Origin: Bacteroidota bacterium
Lineage (GTDB): Bacteria > Bacteroidota > Bacteroidia > AKYH767-A > 2013-40CM-41-45
Length of the DNA: 64,000 nucleotides
Direction: 5' to 3'
Assembly (NCBI GenBank): GCA_003151745.1
Contig: PLYJ01000069.1
Span: 13,270-77,269, forward strand
Part shown: piece after piece, positions 37,345 to 43,381 of the stretch
Numbering within the stretch: the stretch's first letter is position 1
How the letters are laid out: the number at the start of each line of letters is the position of its first letter
Position numbers and translations under genes: made by a program
The notes under the pieces: generated by a model
Database searches by the model: none
What the model was told of the DNA's origin: nothing
The model's input: only the letters and a program-made list of their open reading frames with translations

Positions 37345-38574
37345 TTAATGAATATTATAGTCCTGCATTTTCCTGAAAAGTGTTCTTTCAGAAATTCCTA
37401 ACTCTTTTGCTGCCGGTTTCTTCTTGCCTTTGTATTTCAGCAATGCTTTCTTGATGTATTCTTTCTCGTGATCTCTCAATGAATAGGACTCCTCTACTTC
37501 TTCGTGATGCTGAATCGGCTCTGATTCAACTTTTGGCTGTATGGTGATGTTTGGGTCGGACGTTTGAATCAACGAAGGAGTGTTTGTTTGAAGCTTGTCC
37601 ATTAGCTGTACGCTTCGCTCTCTCCATTCAGGATCAGAAGAAGAATGTTGCATCATGTCATTTACAACAAACTTGAGATCATTCAAATCTTTTTTCATAT
37701 CAAAGAGAACCTTATAGAGCAAATCACGCTCGGAGAATTCATTTTGAACTTTGCCTTCTCCTCTCAACAGTACAGGCAAGTTATTTAACGGAGCAGGCGG
37801 TAAATATTTTAATAATGTGTCTGCGCTTATCTGGTGATTCTTTTCAAGAATAGACATCTGCTCGGCAAGATTCTTCAACTGCCTGATGTTACCCGGCCAG
37901 CGATATTCCGTAAGAAGCTTTTGTGCTTCCGGTTGCAAAGTCAATGGTGGCACGCGATAACGCTCAGCGAAATCACCGGCGAACTTTCTGAATAAAAGAT
38001 GAATATCTTCTTTGCGGTCACGAAGCGGAGGAATGCGAATAGGAACAGTATTGAGACGGTAATATAAATCCTCACGGAACTTTCCATTCTCAATCGCTCT
38101 CAGCAAATCAATATTGGTGGCGCCAACAACACGCACATTGGTCTTCTGTACTTTGGAAGAACCTACTTTGATAAACTCACCGCTTTCGAGCACGCGCAAC
38201 AATCGCACTTGTGTGCCAAGAGGAAGTTCACCAACTTCATCAAGAAAAATAGTTCCCCCATCCACGACTTCAAAGTATCCCTTGCGTGATTCATGAGCAC
38301 CGGTAAACGACCCTTTCTCATGCCCGAATAATTCAGAGTCAATAGTTCCCTCAGGGATAGCTCCGCAGTTCACTGCTATATAGGGTCCATGCTTACGCGG
38401 ACTTAACTGGTGAATGATTTGCGGAAACACTTCTTTCCCCACGCCACTCTCACCGCTTATGAGCACAGAGATTTCTGTAGGTGCAACCTGCCTCGCAACA
38501 TCAATGGCATGATCCAATAACGGTGAGGTGCCTATAATTCCAAAACGTTGTTTTATCTCTAATGCAGTTGTCAT
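37345..38574 (-). CDS. Sigma-54-dependent transcriptional activator (AAA+ plus Fis-type HTH, no receiver domain)
   Basis: Walker A GESGVGKE, a GSFTGA (GAFTGA-type) loop, and a C-terminal HTH AAKELGISERTLFRKM. Confidence 0.9.
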   Translation of the reverse strand: MTTALEIKQRFGIIGTSPLLDHAIDVARQVAPTEISVLISGESGVGKEVFPQIIHQLSPRKHGPYIAVNCGAIPEGTIDSELFGHEKGSFTGAHESRKGYFEVVDGGTIFLDEVGELPLGTQVRLLRVLESGEFIKVGSSKVQKTNVRVVGATNIDLLRAIENGKFREDLYYRLNTVPIRIPPLRDRKEDIHLLFRKFAGDFAERYRVPPLTLQPEAQKLLTEYRWPGNIRQLKNLAEQMSILEKNHQISADTLLKYLPPAPLNNLPVLLRGEGKVQNEFSERDLLYKVLFDMKKDLNDLKFVVNDMMQHSSSDPEWRERSVQLMDKLQTNTPSLIQTSDPNITIQPKVESEPIQHHEEVEESYSLRDHEKEYIKKALLKYKGKKKPAAKELGISERTLFRKMQDYNIH

Positions 38575-38585
38575 CTCTTAAATAA

Positions 38586-38647
38586 TTTCGGATTTCGGAT
38601 TTTTGATTTCGGATTGAAAGCGCTGCTAATCTGCAATCAACAATCCT
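38586..38647. repeat. Imperfect hairpin with TTTCGGA / repeat arms
   Basis: TTTCGGATTTCGGATTTTTGATTTCGGATTG partly pairs with AATCTGCAATCAACAATCC. Confidence 0.5.
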
Positions 38648-38656
38648 CTTCTTAGT

Positions 38657-38971
38657 TCATAACGCAATCGCTTCTCTCACGATAGTGCGAACAATATGTC
38701 CATACAATTCTTTTTTTATTTTGACTTCTTCCTCACTGTTTAGTAATACATCGGAAGGAATGCCCGACTTAGTCAACGCTTTATTGATGGCGGAACAAAT
38801 CGGAATTTTTTCCCTGACGTCATAATTCTTTTTTGTAACAACCATGATGTCATAATCACTATTTGACAAGTTGTTACCTTTTGCTCTGGATCCAAATAAA
38901 AACACTTGTGATTCAGGAAGCATCTCCTGAACTATCTTCTTAATTTGCTGCAAAATAATATCGTCTTTCAT
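38657..38971 (-). CDS. Minimal nucleotidyltransferase (MNT/MntA-like) domain protein
   Basis: LFGSRAKGNNLSNSDYDIMVV gives the GS(x)n D.D polymerase-beta NTase signature. It starts 6 nt after the miaB stop. Confidence 0.75.
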   Translation of the reverse strand: MKDDIILQQIKKIVQEMLPESQVFLFGSRAKGNNLSNSDYDIMVVTKKNYDVREKIPICSAINKALTKSGIPSDVLLNSEEEVKIKKELYGHIVRTIVREAIAL

Positions 38972-38977
38972 TTTTTC

Positions 38978-40528
38978 TTATTTTACTGCTTCACCCATCA
39001 ACGTAGCCTTCGTGCAATCCGTTACCAATACATTGACGTAATCACCCGGTTTATATTGTTCTCTCGGAAAGATTACTACTTTATTCTGATCGTTTCTTCC
39101 TGAAAGATGCTTGTCCGATCTTTTTGAAACAGCATCAGCCAGCACGCGAGTCACTTTATTCAAATCTTTCAGATTGCTTCTGTGAGAAAGGTTTGATTGA
39201 AGATCAATGATCTCCTGCAATCGTCTTGCTTTCACTTCTTCGGGAATATCATCTTTAAATTTTCGTGCTGCATGAGTACCCGGTCTCTCCGAATATTTGA
39301 ACATATAGGAATATTCAAACCCCGCCCAATCCATCAGCGAAAGAGTTTCCCGATGTTCTTCTTCCGTCTCGCTGCAAAAGCCTGTAATGATGTCGCTTGA
39401 AATGCCGCAATCAGGAATGATATTGCGAATAGATTCAATTCGCTTCATATAATCTTCTCTTGAATATCCTCGATTCATATTTTCAAGCACAACGCTGCTG
39501 CCTGATTGCACAGGCAGGTGAACATAGTTGCATATATTATCGTATTTCGCGATCAGGTGCAATACCGCATCTGTCATGTCACGCGGATTGGAAGTGGAGA
39601 AGCGCACACGCAGCTCAGGATTAACTTTTGCAACCATCTCCATCAGGTCAGCAAATGTGATGAAATTCTTTTGTTCTTTTTCAGGAAGCCGATGATTCAT
39701 GGCTGCATGAATAACATCCTGCGGTAAATCTTTTTTTGCACCTCCTCCTGACTGCGCCTTCGCGTAGCCCTTATATTTTTCATTTTCTTCCATTGTTGCT
39801 TCGGCGAAGCGAGGCCATAAATAAGAATCCACATTCTGCCCCAGCAAAGTCACTTCTTTATATCCATCCACAAAAAGCTGCTGTGCTTCATTAACTATTG
39901 ATTGCGGATCGCGGCTCCGTTCTCTTCCGCGTGTAAAAGGAACCACACAGAATGAACACATATTATCACATCCCCGTGTAATAGATATAAATGCAGAAAT
40001 ACCATTGCTGCCAAGCCGCACAGGGCTTAACTCAGCATACGTCTCTTCCAGCGACAAAATAACATTCACTGCCTTTTGTCCCGTTTCTACTTTAGCTATC
40101 AGGTTCGGAAGATCACGGTAAGCATCAGGCCCGACGACAATATCAACCAGCTTTTCCTTTTCAAGCAAAGTTGTTTTCAATCGTTCAGCCATGCAGCCAA
40201 GCACGCCGATAATGAGGTCGGGCTTCTTTCTTTTCTTCGCTCTGAAATCTTTGAGCCGCGCCCAAATTTTTAATTCCGCATTATCTCTTATAGCGCAGGT
40301 GTTGAGGAAAATCACATCGGCATCATCGGTTGTATTTGTTGTTTGAAAACCAATGCCTGTCATGATACTCGCTATAATCTCACTGTCTGAAAAATTCATG
40401 GCGCAGCCATAACTCTCAATGTAGAAAGCCCCCCTTTCCCCCAAAGGTGGGTGATGACTTTCATGCGGGCTTAGTCCCGCACGTGCGGGATTGGGGGAGG
40501 CTTCTATATTATTTTCTTCAAATGACAT
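38978..40528 (-). CDS. miaB: tRNA-2-methylthio-N6-dimethylallyladenosine synthase
   Basis: [12 protein letters not shown]-terminal cluster region, radical-SAM [11 protein letters not shown], and a TRAM C-terminus. ATG 40528 is chosen. An alternative TTG lies at 40444 inside the palindromic element. Confidence 0.9.
   Translation of the reverse strand: MSFEENNIEASPNPARAGLSPHESHHPPLGERGAFYIESYGCAMNFSDSEIIASIMTGIGFQTTNTTDDADVIFLNTCAIRDNAELKIWARLKDFRAKKRKKPDLIIGVLGCMAERLKTTLLEKEKLVDIVVGPDAYRDLPNLIAKVETGQKAVNVILSLEETYAELSPVRLGSNGISAFISITRGCDNMCSFCVVPFTRGRERSRDPQSIVNEAQQLFVDGYKEVTLLGQNVDSYLWPRFAEATMEENEKYKGYAKAQSGGGAKKDLPQDVIHAAMNHRLPEKEQKNFITFADLMEMVAKVNPELRVRFSTSNPRDMTDAVLHLIAKYDNICNYVHLPVQSGSSVVLENMNRGYSREDYMKRIESIRNIIPDCGISSDIITGFCSETEEEHRETLSLMDWAGFEYSYMFKYSERPGTHAARKFKDDIPEEVKARRLQEIIDLQSNLSHRSNLKDLNKVTRVLADAVSKRSDKHLSGRNDQNKVVIFPREQYKPGDYVNVLVTDCTKATLMGEAVK
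40427..40503. repeat. GC palindromic element in the miaB 5' end
   Basis: GCCCCCCTTTCCCCCAAAGGTGGG ... TCCCGCACGTGCGGGA-TTGGGGGAGGCTT. The tail matches the AGCCTCCCCAA flank of the copies at 28862 and 56906. Confidence 0.8.
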
Positions 40529-40659
40529 ATTAAAACCCTCTTTTAAAGGGCTTGCAAAGATAAAGGTTGTCGGCACTTTTTGACAATTTGGCAGAAAAAA
40601 ATGGAAAGGGTGTCATTATGGCAAATACTTGGATATGTATAGAAAGTAAAACCATGCAT

Positions 40660-40833
40660 GCGGTACACTTTACCGTGGTGGCGGTAAACCTTACCGTGAT
40701 GGCGGTAAACCTTACCGCGATGGCGGTACACTTTACCGTTGTGACGGTAAACCTTACCGCGATGGCGGTAAACCTTACCGTGGTGGCGGTAAACCTTACC
40801 GTTGTGGCGGTAAACCTTACCGTGATGGCGGTT
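40660..40833. repeat. Tandem array 3: ~8.3 units of 21 bp, each holding the palindrome CGGTAA-ACC-TTACCG
   Basis: GGCGGTAAACCTTACCG(T/C)G(A/G)T is repeated head to tail with no indel. Confidence 0.95.
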
Positions 40834-40900
40834 TAATATACCTAAATGCCCTTTTTAAGTGTTTTTTGCACATTTATGCCATTTTCATGCCTTTTGTTAT

Positions 40901-40971
40901 CTACGAATACGAATAGTTACGAATTACGAATGGCAGCCCATTCGTATATTCGTATTGATTCGTATTCGTAG
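40901..40971. repeat. Near-perfect 33-bp-stem hairpin with TACGAAT heptamer arms
   Basis: CTACGAATACGAATAGTTACGAATTACGAATGG pairs with CCATTCGTATATTCGTATTGATTCGTATTCGTAG. Confidence 0.9.
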
Positions 40972-41118
40972 ATGAAAAGAATTATTCCGAAACCAACCGT
41001 TTTTGATACATCACCCTTTTTTGTTATTCAAAAGATAACCCTCATGAGTTTTTGAAAACTTATCGGGCGTTTTGTATTTAATAAAAGATGAAGTTCTAAA
41101 TATCTCTACGTTTGTGAT

Positions 41119-41157
41119 TGTAACTCCGACGAAGTTTGGAACTTCGTCGGAGTTTAG
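41119..41157. repeat. Full TGTAAC-prefixed hairpin element
   Basis: TGTAAC-TCCGACGAAGTTTGGAACTTCGTCGGA-GTTTAG, with a perfect 11-bp stem. Confidence 0.85.
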
Positions 41158-41268
41158 TTTTCATGACGGTGTGCCTTCTGCCATGGTTTCTATTACGCTG
41201 GCTGCATAAACTTTTTTGTTATTCAATAGGAAACCCTGATGGCGAAAGCTGTCGGGGTTTTGCTTTAT

Positions 41269-41308
41269 TGTAACCTCCCCGAAGTTTGGAACTTCGGGGA
41301 GGTTGGGA
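41269..41308. repeat. Full TGTAAC-prefixed hairpin element (compensated variant)
   Basis: TGTAAC-CTCCCCGAAGTTTGGAACTTCGGGGAG-GTTGGG. Stem changes relative to 41119 are compensatory (GACG/CGTC to CCCG/CGGG). Confidence 0.85.
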
Positions 41309-41376
41309 TTTCACCTTCGATGAATACGAGGAACAAAGACTACTTGATGTTATCTTGATGTTATCTATAAATATTT

Positions 41377-41862
41377 TTAGTCATTACCCGTTCTGAAATC
41401 ACCATCATACTTTAAAGTACTTTCTGTTGTAGTTTTATCATTCCCAACAAGCCGCCAATTATGGTGCAGCTTGCTCACCGCCTCAATAAAATTCTCCATA
41501 TTAATCGGCTTAACAATATAACCAGCCACATTATGCTTTTGTGCTGCATGGCGGTTAGTATCCAAATCAGAAGTTGTAAAAATAAAAACACTGATGGCAT
41601 CAAATTCCTTATCCGCCCGAATCTCCTTTAACATTTCAAGCCCGTTCATCTTAGGCATATTAATATCCGAAATAATAATCATAGGCATAGGCACTATTTT
41701 TTCTTTGCCATTAGTTCCCCTCAACATATCCAATGCCTCCATCCCATCATTAGCAATGAAAAGCGAGTTCTGTATATTATTCTTCCTGAACGACCGTTTC
41801 AACGACATAATATCAACATCATCATCTTCAACAAGCATAATATTAAGAAGCACTGGTTCCAT
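41377..41862 (-). CDS. Stand-alone response regulator receiver protein
   Basis: CheY-like fold: LVEDDDVD acidic pocket, phospho-acceptor context IIISDINMPKMNG, and no output domain. Confidence 0.85.
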   Translation of the reverse strand: MEPVLLNIMLVEDDDVDIMSLKRSFRKNNIQNSLFIANDGMEALDMLRGTNGKEKIVPMPMIIISDINMPKMNGLEMLKEIRADKEFDAISVFIFTTSDLDTNRHAAQKHNVAGYIVKPINMENFIEAVSKLHHNWRLVGNDKTTTESTLKYDGDFRTGND

Positions 41863-41894
41863 AATTAATATAATTAAATTTGTTAATGAATTTT

Positions 41895-42125
41895 TTAGAT
41901 ACTCCTTATTACCTCACCAAGAAATTTTACCTTACAATTCGGATGTAAAGTTTTAACCTTCTCTTGTGCAGAAGCCATGTCAGAAGCTTTTATATTTACA
42001 GGTCTCATTTTTCCATCCTCTGTTATCATAAACGAATATAGTTTCAATGGCATAGAAGATTCCTCTTCTTTTTTTATCTTTTTCTTTCCTTTAAATAAAG
42101 ACGCTATTGAATTTAATATGCTCAA
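41895..42125 (-). CDS. Small hypothetical protein (start uncertain: TTG 42125 or ATG 42053)
   Basis: ORF only, immediately upstream of the response regulator gene. Confidence 0.3.
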   Translation of the reverse strand: MSILNSIASLFKGKKKIKKEEESSMPLKLYSFMITEDGKMRPVNIKASDMASAQEKVKTLHPNCKVKFLGEVIRSI

Positions 42126-42166
42126 TATTTGCTTTGATATTATTTAGTAAAAATAATTCGCGCGGG

Positions 42167-42298
42167 TTAGTAACCATCTGATCTAAGGTTCGGCGAAGAA
42201 CCCGTGTCCAAATAAGTTACGCCCGCGCTTCTAGCGAGCGTTACACTTATTCTTGGACACTTCAAATTTCGCCGATTTAAGATCAAGAACTTGCTAAC
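42167..42298. other. ~130-nt rod-like imperfect hairpin (candidate structured RNA or decayed palindromic element)
   Basis: Nested pairings: 42167-42175/42291-42298, 42180-42197/42268-42284, and 42204-42217/42245-42260, plus a GC-rich apex. Confidence 0.4.
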
Positions 42299-42450
42299 GC
42301 AATATCAACATGCTTAAAATAATTCTACATCATTTCTTTTTATTTCAGCACAAAGTAAACAAAATTTATCAACTCCTACAAACTGACATAAATCATACAG
42401 GCAGAAAATTCTGTGAAGGCAGGTTTCCCACGCTGTCTGTTTTGTTTTTA

Positions 42451-42546
42451 CCCTGTAAGGCCTTTAAAAACAAAATGATTCCCTAAACATTCCCTTAACC
42501 CCTCAGATTTCTTCTTTTCATTACTTTGCGCCCTCCAATTTAAAAA
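42451..42546. repeat. ~95-bp direct repeat (X), left copy, flanking the DUF433/DUF5615 cassette
   Basis: Roughly 85% identical by eye to 43278-43373 (CCTTTA..GG.CTTTAAA...CCCTAAACATT.CCTTAACC.CTCAG.TTT.TTCTTTTCATTACTTTGCGCCCTCCAATTTAAAAA). Confidence 0.85.
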
Positions 42547-42630
42547 TCCCGCTACGCAGGATTTTGTTAATCCTGCGCTTTCTAAACTTCGCAACAGTTT
42601 ATTCTTCGCGCATTTATTTTCATTTTGTTT
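42547..42630. repeat. Leader element (Y) of the DUF433 cassettes, copy 2
   Basis: See 31544-31627. Confidence 0.8.
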
Positions 42631-42646
42631 ATGAGCCATTAAGGGT

Positions 42647-42654
42647 TACCTTTG
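42647..42654 (+). promoter_or_regulatory. -7 box TACCTTTG upstream of the DUF433 gene
   Basis: Exact TAnnTTTG, 13 nt before the ATG at 42668. Confidence 0.4.
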
Positions 42655-42667
42655 TTAAAAAATAACG

Positions 42668-42901
42668 ATGGAGCAACTAACGGATCGAATTACCATTGAT
42701 GAAACCATTTGTAATGGTAAACCCACGATAAGGGGTAAGCGAATTACTGTTCAAACAATTCTTGAATTTTTAAGCGCCGGAGATTCGGCAGAAGATATAC
42801 TTAAGCAATATCCGTCTCTTGAATTATCTGATATAAAAGCATGTCTTGTTTTTGCCGCCGAGATGATGAACAGAGGTTTTAGCTTTAAAACGGTTGCCTG
42901 A
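42668..42901 (+). CDS. DUF433 antitoxin-like protein
   Basis: ITIDETICNGKPTIRGKRITVQTILEFLSAGDSAEDILKQYPSLELSDIKACLVFA. Confidence 0.85.
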   Translation: MEQLTDRITIDETICNGKPTIRGKRITVQTILEFLSAGDSAEDILKQYPSLELSDIKACLVFAAEMMNRGFSFKTVA

Positions 42902-43242
42902 TGCCGAAGTTTTTAATTGATGCCAACCTGCCCTATCGTTTCAGCTTGTGGCATGATGAAGATTTTATTCACCTCAAAAACATTGATGATGGCTGGTCAG
43001 ATAAAAAAGTATGGGGTTATGCGCGGGAGAATAATATGACCATTATTACTAAGGACGCTGATTTTTCTGCAAGGATGATTCTTGCAAAACCTCCTCCTAA
43101 AGTTATTCATCTCCGAATCGGAAATATGAAAATGAATGATCTTCACTCGTTCCTGAACAAAAACTGGAAAAATATTCTTGCTTTTCATCAGGTATCTAAA
43201 TTAGTGAATGTTTACAACGACAGGATAGAAGCAATTCAATAA
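42901..43242 (+). CDS. DUF5615 (PIN-like) toxin-like protein
   Basis: The start overlaps the upstream stop (ATGA-type coupling). FLIDANLP start and D-rich PIN-like signature. Confidence 0.8.
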   Translation: MPKFLIDANLPYRFSLWHDEDFIHLKNIDDGWSDKKVWGYARENNMTIITKDADFSARMILAKPPPKVIHLRIGNMKMNDLHSFLNKNWKNILAFHQVSKLVNVYNDRIEAIQ

Positions 43243-43277
43243 ATTTTTTTATTCTGCTTACAGGAGATGTTTTTATC

Positions 43278-43373
43278 CAACCCTTTAGGGTCTTTAAAGC
43301 AGGCATTCCCTAAACATTTCCTTAACCTCTCAGGTTTTTTCTTTTCATTACTTTGCGCCCTCCAATTTAAAAA
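43278..43373. repeat. ~95-bp direct repeat (X), right copy, forming the upstream region of the M16 peptidase gene
   Basis: See 42451-42546. Confidence 0.85.
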
Positions 43374-43381
43374 CCTACAAA

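Noticed and set aside
41016-41262. Small peptide genes encoded by the duplicated terminator-like units (shared LFCYS..NP translation)
   Set aside because: In the first copy this frame has a stop 9 nt upstream and no start codon. The similarity is therefore at the nucleotide level, not coding.
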